Assembly (NCBI GenBank): GCA_963706595.1
Contig: OY970166.1
Coordinates: 3,200,001-3,264,000, forward strand
DNA: 64,000 nucleotides
Direction: 5' to 3'
Origin: an uncultured cyanobacterium
GTDB lineage: Bacteria > Cyanobacteriota > Cyanobacteriia > Cyanobacteriales > Nostocaceae
Shown here: positions 1 through 10,630 of the stretch, one piece after another
How the letters are laid out: the number at the start of each line of letters is the position of its first letter
How positions within the stretch are numbered: the stretch's first letter is position 1
Notes under the pieces: model-generated
What the model saw: the letters and a program-made list of their open reading frames with translations, nothing else
The model's database searches: none
What the model was told of the DNA's origin: nothing
Translations under genes and position numbers: made by a program

Positions 1-1077
1 AAGAGATTGCTCAATAATTTCCTTGTCAACTAATAATCCCAGCAATTTTAACGTGCTGTAACGCATATTTCGGTATTCATCTTGGTTATCCTTCAACTTC
101 AAATCAAGGAGATCATGAAGTTGCTTTTCGAGCATTTTCCATTTCTGTATATATTCTCCATAAAATGTATTCATGTTAATAGCTACATTTTCTGCTAAAT
201 TTTCTCTATCATTTTCTGGAACTTCAATTTTATCTAGATTTTCAATAGCTTTTTCAAGCTTTGGTTTTATCTCATCAACCAGTTTTAATATTTCTTCATA
301 ATCCTGTTTGATCAATACATTATTATGTGCAATTTGACAACGTATTTCATAAAGTTTTTTCCACCTCGTCTGTAAGTAAGACTTTTCACATTCAACATAG
401 CCTGCAAAATATCTATCCCAGTTCGATTTGGGAATAAAATTTTTAAGTTCAGCTAAAGTAATTGTTTCTAAGTTTGTGGTATTTCTTAACTTCTCTATTA
501 ATAATTTTTCCGCATCATTTTTTTTATATTCGTCAAAAAGAAAATTTGCCAGTTGAATAAAATCTGTTTCGTATAAATAATTGTAGTTATCCTTAGTATT
601 TTTATTATCTTTACTAGTCTTAGTGGCAATTTTTAAATCATTTGGGATATCTTCTTTAGTCCAACCTAACCCAACATTTGTCAGCATAAATTTAGTTATT
701 AGCTTCCGCATTAAATTTTCTATTTCATGAATTAGTGGATATGATTTATTAGCATAATAAAAGCTTATATCATCCCATAAAGTCTGTGGTTTCTTATCAG
801 AAGCTTTATGCAACAGGTTCTTGACTGCTCTTAATAATTCGACAAATTCATCAATTGTTGCATCATTTTCACAATTAAATTTGATATGATAATATATATG
901 ATTATCAGTTTTTATTAGTCCTTCTTGTATTTCATAATCTATTTCTAAGTTTTTAAATTTAAAACGTTTGCCTTGTATTTTTATTTCCGAATTGGATTGA
1001 AGGAAATTATTAAAAGACTGTATATTACCACAAAAAGCACTACTTGAATCAATAATTATAAGATATTCTACTTTCAT
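1..1077 (-). CDS. HEPN-domain protein (Swt1/ApeA-like), 3' end runs off the window
   Basis: Not in the ORF track. Manual translation from ATG at 1077 (MKVEYLIIIDSS...) stays open to position 1. It contains YPLIHEIENLMRKLI and KKLYEIRCQIAHNN (RxxxxH HEPN motif). AT-rich. Confidence 0.75.
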   Translation of the reverse strand, partial: MKVEYLIIIDSSSAFCGNIQSFNNFLQSNSEIKIQGKRFKFKNLEIDYEIQEGLIKTDNHIYYHIKFNCENDATIDEFVELLRAVKNLLHKASDKKPQTLWDDISFYYANKSYPLIHEIENLMRKLITKFMLTNVGLGWTKEDIPNDLKIATKTSKDNKNTKDNYNYLYETDFIQLANFLFDEYKKNDAEKLLIEKLRNTTNLETITLAELKNFIPKSNWDRYFAGYVECEKSYLQTRWKKLYEIRCQIAHNNVLIKQDYEEILKLVDEIKPKLEKAIENLDKIEVPENDRENLAENVAINMNTFYGEYIQKWKMLEKQLHDLLDLKLKDNQDEYRNMRYSTLKLLGLLVDKEIIEQSL

Positions 1078-1322
1078 AAGGTCTTCTCTTCTAATTTCAA
1101 AGTTTTATTGTGTTCTAATTATTCGGCTAATTGAAAAGATGTACGTATTTTATTAACCACTTTTTGAAACTAAATTACAACATTTTTACTATTATTCATG
1201 TTCTCATCTCGTACTTCTGCTTCTTGTATTCATCTGCAATTATTACACTAATGATATATAAAGGGTTATGCTCAATATACCCACTAAAAGGCTTCATTAA
1301 ACCGTGATTAACAATTTGTTAC

Positions 1323-1661
1323 TCAAGAAACAGCAAATCCCGTATATTTACGAGTTTCAGGAGATTTAAAACCTAAAATAATATGTGCTTTTGGTATTCC
1401 CGCAGCAACTAAATCATTAGCAATTCCCTCTTCTGTGCCATCATGTTGAATCCAAACTTTATGGTCAATTAAATCAATATCTAATAAAGTGCCATAGATC
1501 CGATAACCATTTTTCCAGCCTGATTCAACTAATAAATAACGATCATTTTTTTCATCTAACACCAGTTCAACTTGAACTTCTTCATCGTTACCAAGAAAAT
1601 CAGCGTAGTCTTCGAGAATCTTTTTAATAATCTGACGATATTGATTAGTTAAGGAATCCAT
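1323..1661 (-). CDS. xisI: XisI family protein
   Basis: KVWIQHDGTEEGIANDLVAAGIPK..IILGF signature; overlaps the end of xisH. Confidence 0.92.
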   Translation of the reverse strand: MDSLTNQYRQIIKKILEDYADFLGNDEEVQVELVLDEKNDRYLLVESGWKNGYRIYGTLLDIDLIDHKVWIQHDGTEEGIANDLVAAGIPKAHIILGFKSPETRKYTGFAVS

Positions 1662-2068
1662 CTCACAATTACCTCCTGTTCAGCATCGAAGCTAAATAAA
1701 CGAATAACACCATCTTCAATTAAAGTTTGACCAGCTTCTTCTTCAAAAACGGTTTTACAAGTGCTTTCACTCACAGCCAAAAATAATTTATATTCAGGAT
1801 AATAACGCGCCAATAAATGCTCATATAAAACAAATTGACCAACAGCATCTTCTAGGTCTTTCATATCCGAGGGACGAGTAAAACTTTTCACCTCAACAGC
1901 TATTTTTTCCGTTTCTCGCTCTGCTGCTAATAATCTTTCTGCACCTAAATCAACAAATAGATTTTTCCCTCTCGCTAAACGAATTCGTAAAGGGTCATAG
2001 ACAATTTTCCAGCCATCTTTGATGAGTGCATTTTTTACGGTGCTGTGATAGATGTCTCTAGCTGGCAT
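1649..2068 (-). CDS. xisH: XisH family protein (PD-(D/E)xK-like fold)
   Basis: MPARDIYH..VKNALIKDGW..DPL, DLGAE and IAVEVKSF motifs. Confidence 0.92.
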   Translation of the reverse strand: MPARDIYHSTVKNALIKDGWKIVYDPLRIRLARGKNLFVDLGAERLLAAERETEKIAVEVKSFTRPSDMKDLEDAVGQFVLYEHLLARYYPEYKLFLAVSESTCKTVFEEEAGQTLIEDGVIRLFSFDAEQEVIVRWIP

Positions 2069-2290
2069 AATGAAAAATCAGGTTTTCAAACCTGAGCAAC
2101 CCATTCATATTTAGTATTTTCTGTCAAGTCGTAACTTCCATAACAATTGTAATCTAAACGTCACCGTCTTTGTAGTCAAGTTCAAATCAGCACAATATTC
2201 TGGCAAAAAAATTATTAGTCAGCTAACGAACCAAGGATAATGGAGCATAATTAACCTTTATAGCTGTTAACACAACGCCACAAATTAAAT

Positions 2291-3295
2291 ATGAATACAC
2301 AACCAACAAACCAACCTATCCGCGTCGGAGTCCTGGGTTTCGGTGGACTGGGACAAGCAGCCGCTAAACTCCTCTCCAGCAAAGGGGAAATGATCTTAGT
2401 CGCAGCCGCAGACCAAAAAGGCTACGCTTACTCTACAGAAGGTTTAAATACTCAAGAGTGCATTAAAACCTACCAAAGTCAAGGTTCCGTCGGTTATTTA
2501 GAACCAGTTGGCAGATTAAGCAATAACAGCATTCAAGATTTAATCGCTACCACTCAGCCTGTAGATGGGTATTTCCTCGCCTTACCCAACCTCCCCAATG
2601 ACTTTATCCCCTCCGTCGCCCAAGAATTTATCAAATCCGGTTGGCGGGGTGTGCTAGTAGATGCGATTAAACGCACCAGTGCAGTAGAACAACTTTTGGC
2701 GATGAAAGACGAACTGCAAGCCGCCGGAATTACATATATGTCTGGATGTGGTGCGACACCTGGACTATTAACAGCCGCCGCCGCTTTAGCCGCCCAAAGC
2801 TACGCCGAAATTCACAAGGTAGAAATTACCTTTGGTGTCGGTATTGCCAATTGGGAAGCTTACCGCGCCACTGTTCGCGAAGATATTGGACATATACCCG
2901 GTTATAGTGTAGAAACTGCTAGGGCGATGACTGATGCTGAAGTTGAAGCCTTACTGGATAAAACCAATGGCGTGCTGACTTTAGAGAATATGGAACACGC
3001 TGATGATGTGATGTTAGAATTTGCCGGTATTTGTTCACGCGATCGCGTTACAGTTGGTGGAGTCGTCGATACCCGCAATGCCAAAAAACCCCTCAGCACC
3101 AACGTTAAAGTTACAGGACGCACCTTTGAAGGTAAAATTTCCACCCATACCTTTACATTAGGAGATGAAACCAGCATGGCAGCCAATGTTTGCGGTCCTG
3201 CCTTTGGCTATCTCAAAGCTGGTAGACAATTACACCAACGCGGTATTTATGGTATCTTTACCGCAGCTGAAATTATGCCTCAATTTGTGAAATAA
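2291..3295 (+). CDS. bioU: BioU, dehydrogenase-like biotin synthesis enzyme
   Basis: Rossmann GFGGLG, DAIKRT, GCGATPG and MEHADD motifs as in cyanobacterial BioU. Confidence 0.8.
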   Translation: MNTQPTNQPIRVGVLGFGGLGQAAAKLLSSKGEMILVAAADQKGYAYSTEGLNTQECIKTYQSQGSVGYLEPVGRLSNNSIQDLIATTQPVDGYFLALPNLPNDFIPSVAQEFIKSGWRGVLVDAIKRTSAVEQLLAMKDELQAAGITYMSGCGATPGLLTAAAALAAQSYAEIHKVEITFGVGIANWEAYRATVREDIGHIPGYSVETARAMTDAEVEALLDKTNGVLTLENMEHADDVMLEFAGICSRDRVTVGGVVDTRNAKKPLSTNVKVTGRTFEGKISTHTFTLGDETSMAANVCGPAFGYLKAGRQLHQRGIYGIFTAAEIMPQFVK

Positions 3296-3334
3296 GCCAT
3301 TATTACAGCAATTTACAATTATATAAGGTACTCT

Positions 3335-3380
3335 TAGCCCCCTCATCGCTTGCGGGGAGGGGGTTGGGGGTGGGGTTCTT
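3335..3380. repeat. GC-rich dispersed hairpin repeat (CCCCCTCnTCGCTTGCGGGGAGGGGGTTGGGGGTGGGGTT)
   Basis: Near-identical copies at about 20117-20160 (reverse) and 28238-28282. A related CCCTCTCCTTAnTAAGGAGAGGG family occurs at about 19225, 25465 and 41650. Confidence 0.8.
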
Positions 3381-3408
3381 GTGCCTCTAACATACCTCTA
3401 AGATACAA

Positions 3409-3480
3409 GGTTGGGTTGACGGAAGGAAACCCAACTTTTTCGTTGCTGTGTTGGGTTGCGCTACGCTTAACCCAACCTAC
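3409..3480. repeat. REP-like paired palindromes (GGTTGGGTT..AACCCAAC / AACCCAACCTAC)
   Basis: Two hairpins, the second ending in CTAC; related copy at about 28307-28337. Confidence 0.6.
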
Positions 3481-3500
3481 TTTTCTTCCGCGTAGCAGCG

Positions 3501-4052
3501 CTAGCGGTTAGCCTCTAGCTCCGCCTGAATTTCCTCTTCTAGTAAAAAAGAGGGTGTTTGCATAATAAATGGCAGTTCTGCCCCTAAAAGACCCCTCTGA
3601 ATGCGTTCTGAAGTTTCCGTGAAAACCACAAAAAGCGGATAGACAGTATTTGCCCCGTCACTCAAAATATGACTGTGACGCAAAGGCATTGACCACTCAT
3701 AGTCTGTATCCAGCAACACTTGAGTTTTTCGCCAACGCCCTAATAAATCAGAAAAGTCTTCCTGGGGACGATGAATAAACAGTAAAATTTCCACTCCCGT
3801 TTTAATTTTCCACTCTGGATCACACATAATAATGGCGATGTCACAGGGTAAGCAAGTTATTTGTGTATCCGTGTTTACAGTGCCACGGAAGCGCACAATC
3901 GGCAAAGGGATAGTAATAATACTGTCATCTGGACGGCGGAGACTGGGAAGCATTTCTAAGTATGGACGGTGTTGCTTGAGTAAGGCGATCGCCGCTAAAT
4001 TATTGCTATACTCTGCCAAGCTGGCTTCATAGTGAGATTTTTTAACAGACAT
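3501..4052 (-). CDS. Hypothetical protein downstream of pilC
   Basis: 183-aa ORF with ATG start and normal composition. Confidence 0.7.
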   Translation of the reverse strand: MSVKKSHYEASLAEYSNNLAAIALLKQHRPYLEMLPSLRRPDDSIITIPLPIVRFRGTVNTDTQITCLPCDIAIIMCDPEWKIKTGVEILLFIHRPQEDFSDLLGRWRKTQVLLDTDYEWSMPLRHSHILSDGANTVYPLFVVFTETSERIQRGLLGAELPFIMQTPSFLLEEEIQAELEANR

Positions 4053-4117
4053 AATTAATTGACTAATTCAAACTTCAAACAATTATTCAATTTAGAACTT
4101 TCAGCAAAATCAAAAAC

Positions 4118-4243
4118 TATAGCAGTCCTAAATCATTTCTGAACCTCTTGACTTCTTCACTTGGCGACCTTGGCGGCTTGGCGGTATGCGCTTCGCGCAC
4201 GCTACGCGAACGATAAATTCAGAAATCAAATAGGAGTCCTATA
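4118..4243. mobile_element. MITE-like element containing a 24-nt dispersed repeat
   Basis: Imperfect terminal inverted repeats TATAGCAGTCCTA / TAGGAGTCCTATA; related element at about 54049-54187. Confidence 0.55.
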
Positions 4244-4302
4244 TGTAGAGTTAGGAATAAAAACTTTTCACTCCTAACTCTTCCAACATTAATTCTAATC
4301 AC

Positions 4303-5524
4303 TTAACCCAAAGTTTCAAACACCTTAAACATCGGCAAATACATTGCTAGCAAAATCGTCCCCACCATACCACCCAAAACCACAATCATCAATGGTTCCA
4401 AAACACTGGTAAGTGCTTTAACAGCCTGTTCCACCTCATCTTCATAAAAATCGGCAACTTTCATCAACATCGCATCTAATTCACCAGTTTCCTCGCCAAT
4501 GCTAATCATCTGAATTGCCATAGCCGGAAACACTTGATCCTTTTGCAAAGCCAAGCTAATCATTCCTCCTTGTTGAATATCTACACGGGCTGCATCTATA
4601 GCATTAGCAACAACTTGGTTTCCTGATGTATCCCGAACAATTTCCAAGCAAGTGAGAATTGGCACACCTGAACGAGTCAAAGCCCCAAAAGTCCGACTAA
4701 AGCGTGCAACTGATGATTTTTGAATTAAGTCACCAAACAAAGGCATTTTCAGAGAAAGGCGGTCAATCGTTATCCGACCAACAGGCTGTCTTGTAATATT
4801 GCTGATAAGCGATACTCAATCCAATCAAAGCACCAACAACAACTAAAGACCGCCAACTTCTCAAAATTTCACTACACATCATCAAAAATTGGGTAAGAGC
4901 TGGTAATTCCGTCCCTAAATCTGTAAAAATATTCGCAAAAATTGGAATCAAAAAAACAGTCATACCAACAAAGATAGCAGTTGCTAAAAAACCTACAACC
5001 ACAGGATAAGACAATGCAGCTTTAATTTGATTTTGTAGTCGAGCCACATCCTCTAACAACTTAGCCAAACGATTCAATACTTCATCCAAAACACCACCAA
5101 CTTCACCAGCTTGAACCATACTGACATATAAACCATCAAAGCAGGCGGGATGCTTACGCATGGAATCGGAAAGATTCATCCCGCTTTGTACATCATTGCT
5201 GATGTCAATGAGTGCTAGTTTTAATTTAGGATTGCTACACTGTTCGGACAGCACCCCTAAACTTCTCACAATGGCTACACCTGCATTTACCAAAGCTGCA
5301 AATTGACGGGAAAATACCGCTTTATCTTTAACACTCACCTTAGTCATTGCTAACTGAATTTTATTCAAATCAAAGCTAGCAAGACTCTGAGCCTGCTTTA
5401 AGTCTTGAACAACAAAACCCTGGTCTCTAAGATTAGTGCGGGCTTGTGACAAAGATTCGGCAACAACTTTTTCCTTTCGGGATTTTCCTTGAGAATCCCG
5501 AATCCGAGCGACATAATTTGGCAT
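4303..5524 (-). pseudogene. pilC: Type IV pilus platform protein PilC, split by a +1 frameshift at about 4786
   Basis: ORFs 4763-5524 and 4303-4746 are the two halves of a PilC/GspF protein. Removing base 4786 restores YYKTPVGRITIDRLSLKMP. May be a sequencing error. Confidence 0.85.
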
Positions 5525-5566
5525 GGGTTAAGTAATTCAAAATTAGATAATTGCAAAGGTAAAAAT

Positions 5567-6685
5567 TTAACGCGCTCTTCCAGCCGCAGGTCTTGCACCT
5601 GCTGGTGGTGCAGAAGTACCAATGAGACGTTGAACTTCATCTGGTTTAGAAGTTTTAGACATTGCAGCTTCAAAAGAAATAGTTCCAGCCTTGTATAAAT
5701 CAGCTAAAACCTTCTCTAAAGTTTGCATCCCCAATTTGCCCCCAGTCTGGATAGTCGAGTAGATTTGCGCTGTTTTTCCTTCTCGAATCAAGTTAGAAAT
5801 CGCCGGAGTCACAATCAGGATTTCTTGAGCCATTATCCGGCCAAACTCACCTGGTTTAGGGTTTTTCTTTTCTACTAAAGTTTGGCTAAATATGGCTACT
5901 AAAGAGTTAGATAACTGCACCCGCACTTGAGTTTGCTTCTCATGAGGAAACACGTCAATAATCCGGTCAACAGTCTGTGCAGCTGAACTGGTGTGCAGAG
6001 TTCCAAATACCAAATGTCCTGTTTCCGCCGCCGAAATTGCCAAAGAAATCGTTTCTAAGTCACGCATTTCCCCCACCAGAATAATATCTGGATCTTCCCG
6101 TAAAGCAGCCCTCAAAGCATTAGCGAAACTCTTGGTATCTTCATTCAATTGTCGTTGGTGGACTAGGCTTTTAATTGGTTCATAAATAAATTCAATAGGG
6201 TCTTCTACTGTGAGAATATGTTCGGCTTTGGTGCGGTTGATTAAGTCAATCATCGCCGCTAGGGTGGTTGTTTTTCCGGAACCTGTGGGGCCTGTAACCA
6301 GAATTAATCCTCTGGGCTTATCGGACATTTCCCGCACTACATCTGGCAGACCTAATTTTTCAAAGTTAGGAATTTTGGAACTCAGCGCCCGTAAACAAGC
6401 AGCATAAGCACCACGTTCTTTATAGACATTCACCCGGAAACGAGCTAAACCTTTCACACCATAGGAACAATCCAACTCCCAAGTTTGTTCTAAGGTTTTA
6501 CGCTGGGTGTTATTGAGCATACTAAAAATCAGCCTTTGGCATTGGTCTGCACTCAATACCTCTTCACCGATGGGGGTGAGTTTGCCACTAATCCGAAAGT
6601 AGGGAGGCAAACCTGCGGATAAATGCATATCCGAGCCACCCATTTCAATCATCTGTTCCATCAAGTCTTCAATCATCATTTCCAT
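5567..6685 (-). CDS. pilT: Type IV pilus retraction ATPase PilT
   Basis: GPTGSGKTT, ALREDPD, HTSSA and AISNLIRE motifs; lies between pilB and pilC. Confidence 0.96.
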   Translation of the reverse strand: MEMMIEDLMEQMIEMGGSDMHLSAGLPPYFRISGKLTPIGEEVLSADQCQRLIFSMLNNTQRKTLEQTWELDCSYGVKGLARFRVNVYKERGAYAACLRALSSKIPNFEKLGLPDVVREMSDKPRGLILVTGPTGSGKTTTLAAMIDLINRTKAEHILTVEDPIEFIYEPIKSLVHQRQLNEDTKSFANALRAALREDPDIILVGEMRDLETISLAISAAETGHLVFGTLHTSSAAQTVDRIIDVFPHEKQTQVRVQLSNSLVAIFSQTLVEKKNPKPGEFGRIMAQEILIVTPAISNLIREGKTAQIYSTIQTGGKLGMQTLEKVLADLYKAGTISFEAAMSKTSKPDEVQRLIGTSAPPAGARPAAGRAR

Positions 6686-6756
6686 AGTTATAGTTCCTGG
6701 TTTTTACTTATTGAATGCCAATTCCATAGTCAAAAGCTATGACCAATGACTAATTC

Positions 6757-8772
6757 TTAATCTTGAAAACGAGGTGTCATACAGTAGGGACAATCTAGCC
6801 ATTCCGGTTGTAATATTGCACTGCAAGTTACACAAGTCAGACCACTCTTGCGTTTGGACTTTAACTCGGCTTCTAACCCAGTATCAGTAAAGGTGACTCG
6901 TTCTACTTCTTCTAGTGTGGTCGCACCTTGACGCACTAAGTCCAGACTGTAAGCTAGCAAGGTTTTCATGCCCTCTTCTACGGCCACTTCTTTAATGCGG
7001 TCGGTTGGTGCTTCTTGGTTGATCAAGGTTTGCAGGTTTTCGGTGACTCGCATCACTTCATAAACACCACAACGTCCTTTGTAGCCAGAGCCGTTACACT
7101 TGGGACAAACCTGCTGATTTTTGGCTTTGGCTTCCGTAATTTCTTCTAATGTTAAACTGTTAGCTTTGTAAAAAGTTACGCCGAGATTTTGGGAAGCTGT
7201 TAGGCCATAGCGAGCTAGTTCCTCAGTTGTGGGAGTATAGGGAATACGACATTCCGAACAGACCCGCCGCACCAAACGTTGAGCCAACACACCAATCAGG
7301 GAACTAGAAACCATAAAAGGCTCAATCCCCATTTCTCCCAAACGCGCGATCGCACCAGGAGCATCATTAGTGTGTAAAGTAGTTAAAACTAAGTGACCAG
7401 TCAACGCAGCCTCAATCGCGGTTTTTGCTGTTTCCCTGTCCCGTGTTTCACCCACTAGTAATACATCCGGGTCTTGCCGCAAAAACGCCCGCAAAGCCGT
7501 AGAAAAATCTAACCCTTTTTCCCGAATTACTTGTACTTGAGTAATTCCTGGCAAGCTATACTCAATTGGGTCTTCTACTGTACTGATATTGATCCCCGGC
7601 GAGTTCTTTTCTGATAATGCCGAATACAACGATGTAGTTTTACCAGAACCAGTTGGTCCAGTTACCAAAATCAACCCAAAAGGACGGCTCACCATGTCCT
7701 GGACGATGTGTAAAGTTTCGGGATCGGTAATTAACTTATCTAATCCCAACTGGGTGGAAGAGTTATCCAAAATCCGCAATACTACTTTTTCCCCGTAGCG
7801 GCTAGGCAAGGTACTCACGCGGAAGTCTACCTTCCGTCCCTCGAATAGTCGCCGAATGCGGCCATCTTGGGGTAAGCGGCGCTCGGCAATGTCTAGATTG
7901 GAGATAATTTTAAATCGAGCTGTAACCGCAGGTACGATTTTCTTGGGCAGGGGATCGAAAGCCTCACTCAATACCCCATCCTTACGAAACCGAATCCGTA
8001 AATTTTCCTCCTGTGGTTCAATGTGAATATCAGAAACCCCCTCATGTAAGGCTTTGGCCAAGATTCTGTTGACCAGGTTAATCACAGGGGCATCTTCCGC
8101 ACCCTTCATTGCTGCCCCCAAATCAGCCTCAATCTCTTCGGGGTTATCGTCTATGTCAAGATTATTCAGACTTTCTAAATCTTGATTAATATCTGTAAAT
8201 TTTTCTTTTTCCAGGTGCTTTTGCCGCACAGCTAATTCATCCAAATATTGGTTAATTATCTGCTGGTAATCTTCTGGGGTAATTACCATGCGCTGTAATG
8301 CCAACCCAAGGGGGCGGAGGATGCGGTTGAGGTCGTCAGAAGCTTCGAGATTATCCGGATCAACCATTGCCACCAAGACACAAGGCGGTTTTTGATCTTC
8401 ATTTTTGGATAATGGCACCAAGCGATGGCGACGACAGATATCCACCGGGATCAGGGTTTCAATCAGGTTGCCCACCTTGGTAGTGCCAATTTCGTTGACT
8501 TCCGGATCAAGGAACTCAACACCGTACAGTATTTTAAGCTCAAATAGCTGTTGTTTTTTATATTGTCTGACGAACTCAGGTGAAAGTTGTTGTCCGGTGA
8601 TCGACTCCAGGACTTCTGTCAAGGGTCTGCCAGACTTGCGACTTTCAATCAGCGCCAGCCTCATCTGTTCAGTATTGGCATAGCCAGACTGTATGAGCTT
8701 GTTGCCGAAGGGCGAAAACTCTGTTCTTGTAGTTAGAGCGGTACTGCGCCGTTGTGGTGACGAGTAAGTCAT
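6757..8772 (-). CDS. pilB: Type IV pilus assembly ATPase PilB with C-terminal Cys ribbon
   Basis: SDIHIEP, LPQDGR, GPTGSGKTT and LRQDPD motifs; terminal CxxC..CPYC. Confidence 0.95.
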   Translation of the reverse strand: MTYSSPQRRSTALTTRTEFSPFGNKLIQSGYANTEQMRLALIESRKSGRPLTEVLESITGQQLSPEFVRQYKKQQLFELKILYGVEFLDPEVNEIGTTKVGNLIETLIPVDICRRHRLVPLSKNEDQKPPCVLVAMVDPDNLEASDDLNRILRPLGLALQRMVITPEDYQQIINQYLDELAVRQKHLEKEKFTDINQDLESLNNLDIDDNPEEIEADLGAAMKGAEDAPVINLVNRILAKALHEGVSDIHIEPQEENLRIRFRKDGVLSEAFDPLPKKIVPAVTARFKIISNLDIAERRLPQDGRIRRLFEGRKVDFRVSTLPSRYGEKVVLRILDNSSTQLGLDKLITDPETLHIVQDMVSRPFGLILVTGPTGSGKTTSLYSALSEKNSPGINISTVEDPIEYSLPGITQVQVIREKGLDFSTALRAFLRQDPDVLLVGETRDRETAKTAIEAALTGHLVLTTLHTNDAPGAIARLGEMGIEPFMVSSSLIGVLAQRLVRRVCSECRIPYTPTTEELARYGLTASQNLGVTFYKANSLTLEEITEAKAKNQQVCPKCNGSGYKGRCGVYEVMRVTENLQTLINQEAPTDRIKEVAVEEGMKTLLAYSLDLVRQGATTLEEVERVTFTDTGLEAELKSKRKSGLTCVTCSAILQPEWLDCPYCMTPRFQD

Positions 8773-8806
8773 AGGTGAGCAATAAGTAGGGAAAACCTCT
8801 ATTTAC

Positions 8807-8815
8807 AGTATTCCC
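8807..8815 (-). promoter_or_regulatory. SigJ/SigF-type extended -10 box upstream of pilB
   Basis: GGGAATACT on the minus strand about 35 nt upstream of the pilB ATG; matches the SigJ-dependent promoter motif of Nostoc pil genes as I recall it. Confidence 0.65.
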
Positions 8816-9135
8816 AGGCTGGGGCAAAGAATTTTCATTTACACTGAGTTAATTTATGTCAAAGTTTTGGCGCTTGCCCCGTACCCCTTGCGGCTCTGCC
8901 TTTTCGGTGAGGTTTTCACTCCTGGGAGTTGCCAGAATGAACTAAGTAATGTAAAGATATTTAACTTGGCTTGTAGTAATATATGATGTCCGCCGTTTCA
9001 GTAGGGATTTGTCAAAAAACCGAATCATGGCAAATCCTCAAGGCAATAATATTCAGCACAATTCTTCCCAAAGGTTGATTTGTGATGTTAACCTACTCGT
9101 TCGGTATACCGTCACCAGAGTGTCTAGCAATCCCT

Positions 9136-9311
9136 AATCGTGGCGCGGAAAATACGCTAGGGCGTGGGCATGGTGTATGAGAAAATGCCTGTGGAGATGG
9201 TCTGACGGGGGCAGTAATGCCTAGTCAAGAATCTGTGAAGCAGGAAATCTCTGGTGTAAATTTAAGAATCCCTTGTTACACTGCGTAGCGGTTAACGGGT
9301 GAGTATGTCAA
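9136..9311 (+). mobile_element. IS200/IS605 remnant: decayed tnpB 3' end plus right end (omegaRNA-like)
   Basis: Reads NRG...GHGV*ENACGDGLTGAVMPSQESVKQE...LRIP (TnpB-like tail with an internal stop) and ends AAGAATCCC...GGGTGAGTATGTCAA. Confidence 0.7.
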
Positions 9312-9445
9312 ACTAACGTGTTCACCATTTGCCACAATAAAAAGACGGTGGCATCACGAACAGAAAAATGTCGGCGCAAAAATAGCCTCAGTTGTAAGCT
9401 GTGGTGACGTACTGCCATAAAAACAATCTGGGACGAGTAGACAAT

Positions 9446-10190
9446 ATGGACGAAAATAAACAGGTAAACAATACCAGCCAGCAATTGGGTGAACCAACAG
9501 AGGTAAAGCAAGCAATGAAGAGCGACTCCCCAGCCCAAACAAACTTCAACGAATCTGGCAGCGAGGATACTGAGCAAGTGACAATTCCAAATAATGTATC
9601 GGAAGATGCAACACTTTCACCAGAAGATGGAATCGCTGCCACTGAAAAAACTGAAGTGGAAACGGCTGCTTTGGCAGAATTGACTCAACAAATTGAGTCT
9701 CTCAAAGCGCAAGTAGAAGAACGCAGTACTCAATATATGAGGATTGCTGCGGATTTTGAAAATTACCGCAAACGCACCAGCAAAGAAAAAGAAGAGTCTG
9801 GATTTGCAAGTGAAGCGGAACACTATTTTGGAATTGCTCCCCATAGTCGATAATTTTGAGCGGGCGCGAGCTCACCTCAAGCCACAAAGTGACGGCGAGA
9901 TGACAATTCACAAAAGTTATCAAGGAGTTTATAAACAACTAGTGGAATGCCTGAAACGCATAGGGGTATCACCAATGCGTCCTGAAGGCCAAGAATTCGA
10001 TCCTAATCTTCATGAAGCCGTTATGCGCGAACCTACGGATGAACATCCAGAGGGAACAGTGTTAGAAGAGTTAGTACGCGGATATTATTTGGGCGATCGC
10101 GTGCTGCGCCATTCAATGGTCAAGGTGGCTGCTCCCAAGGAAGACACTCCACCAGCACCCGTAGATCAGTCGAGTTCAGATGACAGTTAA
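9446..10190 (+). CDS. grpE: Nucleotide exchange factor GrpE, apparent +1 frameshift at about 9797
   Basis: [12 protein letters not shown] is in one frame; [19 protein letters not shown] and [14 protein letters not shown] are in the next. Removing T9797 joins them. Lies upstream of dnaK. Confidence 0.9.
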
Positions 10191-10630
10191 ACTGTAGTTG
10201 CTCGCCTTATAGGCCAAAAGTGCCAATGTTCTATCCAGAATAGGCATTGCAAATCACACCAAGGAAAGGGCTGTTGACAGTTTGCCGGACTTTCGCAGCC
10301 CACCTTTTGATTGCAGCTTGCATCTAGGGCGCGACTTAATTACAAAAAGCCCACCCTACATAACAGTAAGTGTTTCCACTGTTCGCCAGAGGAGTTCCAG
10401 AGACATTACCGTAAGCCTTTAGCCCATAGAGCAAAGTGCCGAGTGCTGTAAAGCCCTGCGGGCATAGCTACCCTGAGAACACAGCCGGGCGATCGCCCGT
10501 GTTGAGTTAAAATTTCAGTCAAAACTAGACTTTGAGCATTCAGCTTTGTCCTCACTTATAGGATTACTGCTATACAAAAAATCATTCGCGAAAAATCACG
10601 GTATAAGCACTTCATAAAGATACTGTACCT

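Noticed and set aside
1323..2068. xisHI as marking an fdxN-type excision element
   Set aside because: No XisF-like recombinase or interrupted gene in the window; xisHI pairs occur widely outside such elements
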